Positions 21,823 to 31,092 of a stretch of DNA of 52,048 nucleotides are shown here, in pieces. The position numbers and the translations under genes are program-made. The DNA is from Nitrospinota bacterium (GTDB lineage: Bacteria > JADFOP01 > DATKYB01), in NCBI GenBank assembly GCA_035528715.1, contig DATKYB010000130.1, positions 1-52,048 on the forward strand, in the 5' to 3' direction. The notes beneath the pieces are model-generated. The model was not told the origin of the DNA and did not search any database. It was given only the letters and a program-made list of their open reading frames with translations. Each line of letters begins with the position of its first letter. Position 1 is the stretch's first letter.

Positions 21823-21840
21823 TTTTTTGGAGAACTTTAA

Positions 21841-22701
21841 ATGTCAAGAGCCAAAATTGGTGTGATAGGCGGAAGCGGCCTCTATAAGATGGAAGGTTTA
21901 GAGGTTATTGAGAAAAAAAACCTAAGCACCCCCTTCGGTGATCCATCAGACAGCTTTATTATTGGTTCCTTAGATGGAGCAGATGTTGTTTTCCTCCCAA
22001 GACACGGCACTGGTCATAGAATATTGCCATCTGAGCTGAACTTTCGTGCAAATATATACGGTATGAAAGAATTAGGAGCAGAGTGGATAATATCCGTAAG
22101 CGCGGTAGGTAGCATGAAAGAAAATCTCTATCCTGGAGATATAGTCATTCCCGACCAGTTTTTTGACAGAACAAAAAAAAGAATCAACACATTTTTTGGA
22201 GACGGGGTTGTTGCTCATGTCCCCTTTGCTGACCCAGTTTGCCCTGATCTTAGCTCTATCTTATTTAAAGCAGGAGAGAAGATAGGGGCTAAAATCCATA
22301 AAGGAGGGACGTATCTTTGTATTGAAGGTCCCCAGTTTTCTACAAGGGCTGAGTCAAAAACCTATCGAGCCTGGGGTGTAGATATCATAGGAATGACGAA
22401 TATACCTGAGGCAAAGCTAGCTAGAGAAGCAGAAATCTGCTATGCAACTGTTGCCCTTGTTACCGACTTTGATTGTTGGCACGAATCCGAAGAAGATGTA
22501 AAGATTGATGCGGTATTGGAGATTATGAACAAAAACATTAACACGGCAAAGTCCATTATTAAAAAGGCCGTCAAAATGATTTCTGATAAGAGAACATGTA
22601 TTTGTTCTGAAGCATTAAAACACACAATCCTCACTTCAAAAGAATCCATCCCTGAAAAAACTAAAAAGAATTTAGAAATCATCATAGGTAAATATATTTA
22701 A
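21841..22701 (+). CDS. mtnP: S-methyl-5'-thioadenosine phosphorylase
   Basis: The 286-aa ORF has GVIGGSGLY, LPRHG and GMTNIPEAKLAREAE motifs. Confidence 0.9.
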   Translation: MSRAKIGVIGGSGLYKMEGLEVIEKKNLSTPFGDPSDSFIIGSLDGADVVFLPRHGTGHRILPSELNFRANIYGMKELGAEWIISVSAVGSMKENLYPGDIVIPDQFFDRTKKRINTFFGDGVVAHVPFADPVCPDLSSILFKAGEKIGAKIHKGGTYLCIEGPQFSTRAESKTYRAWGVDIIGMTNIPEAKLAREAEICYATVALVTDFDCWHESEEDVKIDAVLEIMNKNINTAKSIIKKAVKMISDKRTCICSEALKHTILTSKESIPEKTKKNLEIIIGKYI

Positions 22702-22715
22702 GGGTTATTTTAACT

Positions 22716-23999
22716 ATGGGGAAAAAATCTCAAGATTTGTTTCATATTGCCCAGAGATACATACCAGGAGGCGTTAACAGCCCTGTTCGGTCTTTTAAGG
22801 CAGTGGGAGGGACACCTCTATTTATCGAAAGAGGCTTTGGCTCTAAGATATATGATATCGATGGAAACGAATATATCGACTATGTTGGTTCTTGGGGACC
22901 AATGATTCTTGGTCATGCCCATCCAGAAGTTATCTCTGCCATTAAGGAAGTCTCTGATAAAGGAACGAGTTTTGGAGCTCCGACTCATTTAGAGGTGAAA
23001 ATGGCTAAGATGATTATCGAAGCTGTTCCCTCAATCGATATGGTTCGGTTAGTAAATTCAGGTACAGAAACCACGATGAGCGCTATTCGGTTGGCTCGGG
23101 GTTTCACAAAGAGAGATAAGATTATAAAATTCAATGGGTGTTATCATGGACATGCAGATAACCTATTAGTACAAGCAGGTTCTGGCGCATCTACTTTTGG
23201 GATTCCAGACAGCTCAGGTGTTCCTCAGGATTTGGTCAAGAGCACCATATCTCTACCTTATAATAATATTGAAATTCTAAAAGATGTGTTAGAAAAGATA
23301 GGAAAAGATGTTGCATGCATTATTGTTGAACCTATTGCTGGAAACATGGGTGTCATTCCTCCAAAGAAGGACTTTCTCCAAGGACTGAGAAAATTGACCA
23401 AAGATTATGATATCGTATTCATCTTTGACGAGGTGATAACGGGATTTAGAGTATCCTACGGTGGAGCACAGGAGTTTTATAATGTCATGCCTGATTTAAC
23501 ATGCCTTGGAAAAATCATAGGAGGGGGTCTACCTGTTGGAGCCTATGGTGGAAGAAAAGATATCATGGAGCATATCTCACCATTGGGCCCTGTTTACCAA
23601 GCAGGAACCCTTTCAGGAAATCCCATTGCGATTACTGCTGGTCTTAAAACATTAAAGATCTTATCAAGCAATAAAGAGATATATAATGAATTGGATAAAA
23701 AGGCAGAAGTCCTCTGTAAAGGCATGAGTGAAAATTCAAAAAAGGTAGGGATTCCTGCATATTTTACAAGAGTCGGATCGATGTTTTGCATGTTTTTCAA
23801 TAAAGAAGAGGTGTTTGATTATGAGGCAGCCAAGAAGTCTGACACAAGACGCTTTGCAAAATATTTTCATTCAATGCTAGATCAGGGGGTAAGTATCGCT
23901 CCTTCACAATTTGAAGCGGGATTTGTCTCTACGGCCCACTCATATCAAGATATAGAAAAAACCCTCTCTGCAAACCTCACTGCGCTAAAATCTCTTTAG
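22716..23999 (+). CDS. hemL: Glutamate-1-semialdehyde 2,1-aminomutase
   Basis: The 427-aa ORF has GGVNSPVRSF and the LGKIIGGG PLP-lysine region. Confidence 0.95.
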   Translation: MGKKSQDLFHIAQRYIPGGVNSPVRSFKAVGGTPLFIERGFGSKIYDIDGNEYIDYVGSWGPMILGHAHPEVISAIKEVSDKGTSFGAPTHLEVKMAKMIIEAVPSIDMVRLVNSGTETTMSAIRLARGFTKRDKIIKFNGCYHGHADNLLVQAGSGASTFGIPDSSGVPQDLVKSTISLPYNNIEILKDVLEKIGKDVACIIVEPIAGNMGVIPPKKDFLQGLRKLTKDYDIVFIFDEVITGFRVSYGGAQEFYNVMPDLTCLGKIIGGGLPVGAYGGRKDIMEHISPLGPVYQAGTLSGNPIAITAGLKTLKILSSNKEIYNELDKKAEVLCKGMSENSKKVGIPAYFTRVGSMFCMFFNKEEVFDYEAAKKSDTRRFAKYFHSMLDQGVSIAPSQFEAGFVSTAHSYQDIEKTLSANLTALKSL

Positions 24000-24045
24000 A
24001 AGCTTTTTTAAAAAACGGGTTGAATAATTCTAAGAAAAGATATAA

Positions 24046-25371
<1,326 letters not shown>

Positions 25372-25389
25372 ATTATCTAATTTTCCAAA

Positions 25390-25734
25390 ATGGATAATAG
25401 AAAAAAAAATAACAAAAGATTTAACATTCCTTTCATTTTAACCCTTTGCTTTTTTTTATCTCTTATCTATGTCTCTATATTTGGTTCACAAGGTATAATG
25501 AAGGTTTTTCAGATGAATAATAGGGTGGATGCTATGAAGAAGGAGATTCAGCTGTTAGAAAAAGAGAATAATAGGATTAGAAAAGAGATTCATCAACTAA
25601 AAACAGATCCCTATTACATAGAAAAGCTTGCCAGAGAAGAGCTTGGGCTTGTAAAACCAAAGGAAAAGGTTTACGAATTTGTTGACGAAAAGGAAGATGA
25701 AAAGAAACCTAAAAGAGACATAAAAATTCCTTGA
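25390..25734 (+). CDS. ftsB: Septum formation initiator (FtsB/DivIC family)
   Basis: The 114-aa ORF has one N-terminal transmembrane segment, a coiled coil and DPYYIEKLAREELGL. The eno-ftsB synteny matches that of many Gram-negative bacteria. Confidence 0.8.
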   Translation: MDNRKKNNKRFNIPFILTLCFFLSLIYVSIFGSQGIMKVFQMNNRVDAMKKEIQLLEKENNRIRKEIHQLKTDPYYIEKLAREELGLVKPKEKVYEFVDEKEDEKKPKRDIKIP

Positions 25735-25776
25735 CAACCATTTGATAATAAAATAATATCAATCGTTTAGAATTAT

Positions 25777-25853
<77 letters not shown>

Positions 25854-26088
25854 ATAAAATCAATGGCTTGCTGATATCGGTAGGCCATTTTTTTGTCATT
25901 TTCTAACACTTTTCTAACAAAGTAATTAAAAATAGCAAAAAATAACGGGAAATAATTTTTAATATTTTTTTCATAAATATCTATTTTAATTATAGTTAGC
26001 CCTGTTATCTCTTGTTTCCTTAACCTTGAGTATGACTCATATCATTTCACTCTGCTAAACTCATTCAAACTACCTTAAATTATCATAT

Positions 26089-26115
26089 TAAAGTTATAAA
26101 GAAGTTTGCCGATAA
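26089..26115 (+). promoter_or_regulatory. Sigma-28 (FliA)-type promoter
   Basis: The sequence TAAAGTTA-11 nt-GCCGATAA matches the enterobacterial consensus TAAAGTTT-N11-GCCGATAA at 15 of 16 positions. It ends 48 nt upstream of the PilZ start codon. Confidence 0.7.
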
Positions 26116-26163
26116 ATAGTTGTAAGACTATGTTTAATTTTTAAAATTTGTCATTTATAAACG

Positions 26164-26538
26164 ATGAAGACAATAGGACAAAAAGAGAGACGTAGAGCAC
26201 CGAGAATAACTTTACGTTCAGCTTTTATAGATGTATATCCTATAAATGGTGAGCATAAAACAGAGCTCAGAGGAAAAATCTGTGATGTTTCTGCTGTAGG
26301 AGCAAAATTTATCTCTAGCAAGCCCTATATGAAGGATTCAGAAATTTATGTTGGTCTTTTGTTACCGAGTATTAATACTGTAATAAATATTTCTGGCAGA
26401 GTAGTTCGGTGCGAAAAGAAAAGTAGTGAGGAGTATCACATTGCTATAGAATTTAAGGAAGATCGCTATCAACAGTCTCTCATAGAAGAATACATAAGAA
26501 TTATGAAATCGTGGGATAAACAATGGGAAAGACATTAA
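26164..26538 (+). CDS. Standalone PilZ-domain c-di-GMP receptor
   Basis: The 124-aa ORF has RRAPR (RxxxR) at residues 10-14 and DVSAVG (D/NxSxxG) about 27 residues downstream. These are the canonical c-di-GMP-binding motifs. Confidence 0.85.
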   Translation: MKTIGQKERRRAPRITLRSAFIDVYPINGEHKTELRGKICDVSAVGAKFISSKPYMKDSEIYVGLLLPSINTVINISGRVVRCEKKSSEEYHIAIEFKEDRYQQSLIEEYIRIMKSWDKQWERH

Positions 26539-26825
26539 AATTAGTTTATTCTCTCACCAGTTTGATAAATTAATTTTTCAATCCTTCTTTCCTTTTTTTA
26601 ATTCCCTTTTTTTATATATTAAGACAGAACATAGACAAAAGATCAAAGGTGCTTTTATTATCTTTAGATAATCTATTATTTCTTTAAACAAAAAGCCCCA
26701 GATATTTCTATCATGGGACTTTAGGAGGGGTAGGAAAAGAAATTAAAAAAACTTTCTTTCCTATTTAAAATAATAATATTCTTTTTTTAAATTACAAACT
26801 TGATATGCCATAGAAGAATCCAATA

Positions 26826-27203
26826 TTATTCTTTGTCTCCAACAAGAGGTAAAACCTTATCAATTCTAAAATAGACAAGATATCTTGTCGTATCTTTATA
26901 TTCTTTGTAATCCTTTCTTCTTCTAAGAGTATCGATAAATTCGCTATTCTTCTCCTCTCTAATTTTTGTGAGATAAAGCCTTTTGCCTATGTATTTATCC
27001 CCCCCTTCCATAAAAAGGTATGCGGCATGAGGGTTTGACTGGAGATTCTTATGGGTCAAGCGCTCAAGCATGATAAAAGCAATAGTCTCTTCATCAATAA
27101 AATGAGGCCTTGCATAAACCGCAGCATCCACTCTTCCATCTGAATCTGCTGTAGCGATTACGCCAAGACCTTTTTTATTTTCAAAATATTCGCTAAGCTT
27201 CAT
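26826..27203 (-). CDS. Pyridoxamine 5'-phosphate oxidase-like FMN-binding split-barrel protein
   Basis: The 125-aa ORF has an N-terminal GVIATADSDGRVDAAV ... HKNLQSNPHAAYLF pattern typical of small PNPOx-family proteins. Confidence 0.65.
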   Translation of the reverse strand: MKLSEYFENKKGLGVIATADSDGRVDAAVYARPHFIDEETIAFIMLERLTHKNLQSNPHAAYLFMEGGDKYIGKRLYLTKIREEKNSEFIDTLRRRKDYKEYKDTTRYLVYFRIDKVLPLVGDKE

Positions 27204-27303
27204 TGTTATTTCTCCATAAAAAGTTTATTTATTCAAATATATATTGCTTTTTGGATAAAAACAAATGAGAAATAAATAAAAGAAAATTCTATTATCCTAC
27301 ATT

Positions 27304-27787
27304 CTATTGTTCTCTAATGGATTTAGCAATTCCATTAAGCGTTCCTTTTAATATCAACTTGTGTATTGGGTAAAGAGGATACCAATAAAGTAATCCGAGA
27401 ATGCCTATAGGATCAAAGATTAATGTCTGCCAAATAATCGAACCGGTTTTATCCTTTTCGACTTCAAATTGCAGCCAGCCTCGTCCAGGAAGCTTCATTT
27501 CGGCATTTAATCTGAGAAGGCGATTCTGTCGATTGCTTCAACACGCCAAAAATCAACAGTATCACCAAGTAATAAAGATTTTGGATTGCGGCGCCCCCGC
27601 CTTGTTCCAACACCCCCTAAAATCTGATCTAAAAATCCTCTCAGATACCAGAGCCAGTTATATTTATACCAACCAGATGTACCTCCGACTTAATCGGTCT
27701 GAAAGCATCAGATGGAGGATAAGGAACCTTTATTTCATACGAGGCCGGTTGACGACTCCAGATCCAAACCCAGGAAGGAGGTCCTGA
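27304..27787 (-). pseudogene. Frameshifted DUF2867-family gene remnant
   Basis: A minus-strand translation gives one continuous DUF2867-like sequence spread over three frames. The three pieces are ...RQPASYEIKVPYPPSDAFRPIKS, then VGGTSGWYKYNWLWYLRGFLDQILGGVGTRRGRRNPKSLLLGDTVDFWRVEAIDR, then NRLLRLNAEMKLPGRGWLQFEV...IAKSIREQ*. The frame breaks lie near 27690 and near 27525. No in-frame start codon is present. Confidence 0.8.
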
Positions 27788-27797
27788 TCAAAAATTT

Positions 27798-28151
27798 TTA
27801 GATTAAGTCAGAACTTATTATCCATTCCACGGCTGGAGGTACTTCTTGTTGCGGAAAATCATGATTTGGGTTGAAATTTTTATATTTATTTTTTACAAAG
27901 TTAAAAATCTTTTTGTCTGCATTTTTTCGATCACTATCGTTTTCAAGATTGTGGTCCTCAATTGTTTCTCGAGGGATTATGATTTTGATTGGCCGGGAGC
28001 GCTTGTGTTTACGATCTGGGTCACTGCCAAGATACCAGCACACCTTAATAATAATAGCATCTTCAGTTGTTTCTTCGCTTAAGAAATCTGCATCTGGAGG
28101 AAATATAGGTTTTAGCAACTGAGTATAATGATTGATTAATGAATCATACAT
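27798..28151 (-). CDS. Hypothetical protein, no recognisable family
   Basis: The 117-aa ORF has an AGGAA motif 8 nt upstream of the ATG. It is divergent from the HNH-domain gene. Coding status is supported only by ORF length in AT-rich DNA. Confidence 0.5.
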   Translation of the reverse strand: MYDSLINHYTQLLKPIFPPDADFLSEETTEDAIIIKVCWYLGSDPDRKHKRSRPIKIIIPRETIEDHNLENDSDRKNADKKIFNFVKNKYKNFNPNHDFPQQEVPPAVEWIISSDLI

Positions 28152-28189
28152 GATATGGTTTCCTGAAAGATTAAAATTTTATGTAAAGG

Positions 28190-28207
28190 TTTTTGTTTAA
28201 ACAAAAA
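28190..28207. promoter_or_regulatory. Perfect 18-bp palindrome (candidate operator) in a divergent intergenic region
   Basis: TTTTTGTTTAAACAAAAA is its own reverse complement. It sits between the divergently oriented genes at 27798-28151 and 28345-29007. Confidence 0.4.
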
Positions 28208-28344
28208 TATTAAAAGATAATGGCTTTATAAATCTTTTGGTAACACCCTGTCAAGACTTCCCATTGCAAAAACTCATTTTTTTCTTATTATTATATAATT
28301 TATAATATATTATAGTTACTAATGAAGGATAGGAGGATATAGAA

Positions 28345-29007
28345 ATGTCAGATGATTTTAGCGAACAAGATAAAGTAAAATGTCTCCTTTGGTGTAATCG
28401 TCATTGTTGTCTATGCGGAAAAGCCTGCGGAGCGAATATTGAAATCGCACATATTGAAAAAGGATCTGCTGATATTGATAATGCTATACCACTATGTTTT
28501 GAGTGTCACAGTGAAATTGGTAGATATAATAAAGAGCATCCTCTAGGCAATAAATATCGGCCAAAAGAGCTTAAAGCACGTCGAGATCAAATCTATGAGG
28601 AACAAACTCGCCATCTTGTTCCTCCGATCCATTATAAAATTACTCAGGTGCTGCCTAATAACCAGAGACGTCGTTTGCCCGATGTTGGCTTTAAAATTTG
28701 GCATATGGGGGATTCCCTACCTGTAAATGTCTTAGTTAATGCTCAAATACTATTAGGAAATAAAGACTTAGGTTGGCCAGAAACTGAAGAATATTATTCT
28801 GGAAAGAAGAAATGGAATTTAAACCCACGTTTTCTTATTCGAGGGCATTTTAGCGTTCCAAAAGAAGCTGTTGTGAGTTCTGAGCGCTTAGAGATAAAAG
28901 TAAAAGTTACGATTATTGACCAGTATGAGAGACATCATCAGTTATTACCTGTTGGATGGATCTATACAAGAGATAAAAAAGTAGAAGATTGGTATTTAGA
29001 ACCATGA
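28345..29007 (+). CDS. HNH-nuclease-domain protein with an uncharacterised C-terminal domain
   Basis: The 220-aa ORF has an N-terminal segment of about 60 aa reading CCLCGK...IEIAHI...DIDNAIPLCFECHSE. This gives a CxxC...H...N...CxxCH beta-beta-alpha-metal signature. The C-terminal 130 aa or so are not recognisable. A strong AGGAGG SD sequence is present. Confidence 0.7.
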   Translation: MSDDFSEQDKVKCLLWCNRHCCLCGKACGANIEIAHIEKGSADIDNAIPLCFECHSEIGRYNKEHPLGNKYRPKELKARRDQIYEEQTRHLVPPIHYKITQVLPNNQRRRLPDVGFKIWHMGDSLPVNVLVNAQILLGNKDLGWPETEEYYSGKKKWNLNPRFLIRGHFSVPKEAVVSSERLEIKVKVTIIDQYERHHQLLPVGWIYTRDKKVEDWYLEP

Positions 29008-29337
29008 AAGGATTTTAGTGCCGACTACAAGGGAAAACTGGCCAACTAGCCACTTTTGCCATTTGATTTGATAAACTACAATCTTTTGCCATTGACATAT
29101 TTATTTTTTCCTTTCAGAAAGACAAACCAAATAAATATTTTGCGATGATGATGTGTTGGCTAAAAAACCTTCAATAACACTATATATTCCATAAAATAAT
29201 AATGCGGAGGATATATGTCAACTCAAATTTAGGAATAGGGGGCATAATAGATAATAAGCCTGAGTTTGAAATTAATCGAAAATTTAAAGTAGTTTTTTCA
29301 GTTCCAAAAAAGCTTTATGTTTAAAAAACTCTTTTTC

Positions 29338-29365
29338 TTGACATATTTTTTTTCTGTAATAAAAT
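29338..29365 (+). promoter_or_regulatory. Sigma-70-type promoter upstream of the amidase gene
   Basis: The sequence is TTGACA-16 nt-TAAAAT, ending 41 nt upstream of the ATG at 29407. Confidence 0.55.
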
Positions 29366-29406
29366 GTCAATAAATCAATATTTTATCAGCGTTTAGAATT
29401 CGGTTT

Positions 29407-31059
29407 ATGAAGTCTTTAAAAAACATTTTATTGTTGTTTTTCTCCATCTTTTTCTTGCTAATTACTGTTCCCTCAAATGCTGATCTCTCACCAGAGAAGA
29501 CTTATGAGATTGCTAAAAGGAGATATCACAAACTGATGACCTCATCTCCTATAGAAAAGATAAATAGACAGAGTTGGGATCGTACAATAGGTCTATTTAA
29601 AGAAGTTTTTAATAAAAATCCTAGAGGTTCTTTAGCTGATGATTCTCTATTCTCAATTGGAAGTCTTTACGCAGAGCTTTATAGAAGAGCTGGAAACAAG
29701 GATGACTTAAAGAATGCAGTAAAATACTATCAAAAGGTCTACCAAGAATTTCCTAAAAGCAACCTATCAGATGATTCCCTTTTTTTGATAGGAGAAGCAT
29801 TTTTTCTTTATGAAAAGGACTATTCCAGTGCTGATTCAGCTTATAGAAAGATAGTAAATAATTATCCTAAAGGGGATAAATATACCTCAGCAAAAATAAG
29901 ATTAAGAGAGATTAAGCAGTTCTATTCAAATAAAGCTTCTTTAGAGAAAAAAGAGGGATTGAGCCAAATAAAAGGTGTTCGTCATTGGTCAAACCCAAAA
30001 TATACTCGAATCGTCATTGATTTAGATAACAAAGTTACCTATAAAGAATCTCAACTGAAGAACCCAGACAGAATCTACCTTGATCTCTTAAATACAAGAT
30101 TAGGACCAGAAGTAAAAAAACATTTCATAAAAATCGGAGACAGCCTTTTAAAAAGCATAAGATTAAGTCACCATACAGCAGAGATAACCAGGGTAGTTAT
30201 AGATATTAATAATATAAATAGATATAAAATCTTTGTTCTCGAGAATCCTTTTAGAATAGTCATTGATGTTAAAGGAGGCTGTGTTAAGGATGAGGTAGTT
30301 ACTGAAAAGAGAAAAGAAGAGGATGCTCTCCCTAGAAAGAAAAGAGAAGAATTGACAGTAAAACATTATATAAAGACAATTGTTATTGATCCCGGGCACG
30401 GAGGTAAAGATCCTGGGGCTATTGGATATAATGGTCTTGAGGAAAAAACAGTTGTTTTAGATATTGCTAAGAGACTGAAAAAAATAATGAGAAAAAAAAC
30501 GAACTATAAAGTTATCTTAACAAGAGAAAAAGATGTTTATCTTTCATTAGAAGAAAGAACAGCTATTGCAAATACTTTAAATGCTGACCTATTTATTTCT
30601 TTACATGCTAATGCCAGCAGAAGAAGGGGCGCTATGGGTGTTGAGTCCTATTTTCTTGACTATACTTTTAATGAAGAAGTCCTAGAGATTGCTTCCAGAG
30701 AAAATAACGCTCCTTTTTTATTGAAGGATGACCTTCAAGCAATTTTGTATGATCTTAAAAAAACCAATTATTATAATGAATCTATTCTCTTGGCAAATCA
30801 TGTTCAAGAGTCATTGATTTTGAGTCTTGATTCTAATTATCGAAAATTGAAAAATCGAGGCGCTAAAGCGGCCCCTTTTTATGTTCTATTTGGCGCAGAA
30901 ATGCCGAGTGTTCTTATAGAGACTCTCTTCATAAGCAATAGAAAAGAAGAGAAAATGTTGAGGAACGAGAGATATAAGCAGCGTATAGCAGAAGCCATAT
31001 TTATAGGTATCCAGAATTATATGAGTGAAACTAAGAAAGATTTACGAGCAGCAAGGTAA
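29407..31059 (+). CDS. amiC: N-acetylmuramoyl-L-alanine amidase (Amidase_3) with N-terminal TPR-like and AMIN domains
   Basis: The 550-aa ORF has a signal peptide and a TPR/CpoB-like repeat region (residues about 30-170). An AMIN-like beta domain follows (RHWSNPKYTRIVIDL ... RVVIDI). The catalytic domain carries VIDPGHGGKDPGA and SLHANA. Confidence 0.88.
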   Translation: MKSLKNILLLFFSIFFLLITVPSNADLSPEKTYEIAKRRYHKLMTSSPIEKINRQSWDRTIGLFKEVFNKNPRGSLADDSLFSIGSLYAELYRRAGNKDDLKNAVKYYQKVYQEFPKSNLSDDSLFLIGEAFFLYEKDYSSADSAYRKIVNNYPKGDKYTSAKIRLREIKQFYSNKASLEKKEGLSQIKGVRHWSNPKYTRIVIDLDNKVTYKESQLKNPDRIYLDLLNTRLGPEVKKHFIKIGDSLLKSIRLSHHTAEITRVVIDINNINRYKIFVLENPFRIVIDVKGGCVKDEVVTEKRKEEDALPRKKREELTVKHYIKTIVIDPGHGGKDPGAIGYNGLEEKTVVLDIAKRLKKIMRKKTNYKVILTREKDVYLSLEERTAIANTLNADLFISLHANASRRRGAMGVESYFLDYTFNEEVLEIASRENNAPFLLKDDLQAILYDLKKTNYYNESILLANHVQESLILSLDSNYRKLKNRGAKAAPFYVLFGAEMPSVLIETLFISNRKEEKMLRNERYKQRIAEAIFIGIQNYMSETKKDLRAAR

Positions 31060-31092
31060 AAATTATTCCTGATTAAAACCCTCTTTGAAATT

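Noticed and set aside
27401-27787. A 128-aa plus-strand ORF.
   Set aside because: It lies antisense to the reconstructed DUF2867 pseudogene. The minus-strand translation gives a clear family match across three frames, whereas the plus-strand product has no recognisable features.
27846-28122. Two overlapping plus-strand ORFs of 78 and 83 aa inside the 117-aa gene.
   Set aside because: Their translations are low-complexity and rich in F, I and L, as expected for the antisense of an AT-rich gene. They have no RBS, and the longer minus-strand ORF does have an SD-like AGGAA.
29015-29098. A 27-codon Cys-containing minus-strand ORF as a possible RiPP or bacteriocin precursor.
   Set aside because: There is no adjacent maturation, transport or immunity gene. 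The RBS is weak, and the repeated MAK may simply reflect the DNA direct repeat. It is kept only as a note within the finding on the spacer.
25854-29406. A tRNA-targeted genomic island bounded by att direct repeats.
   Set aside because: I looked for a copy of the tRNA-fMet 3' end (…GGTTCGAATCCAGCCCCCGCTACCA) downstream and found none. No integrase or excisionase gene or remnant is visible. I therefore describe the region only as a variable islet, not as a mobile element.
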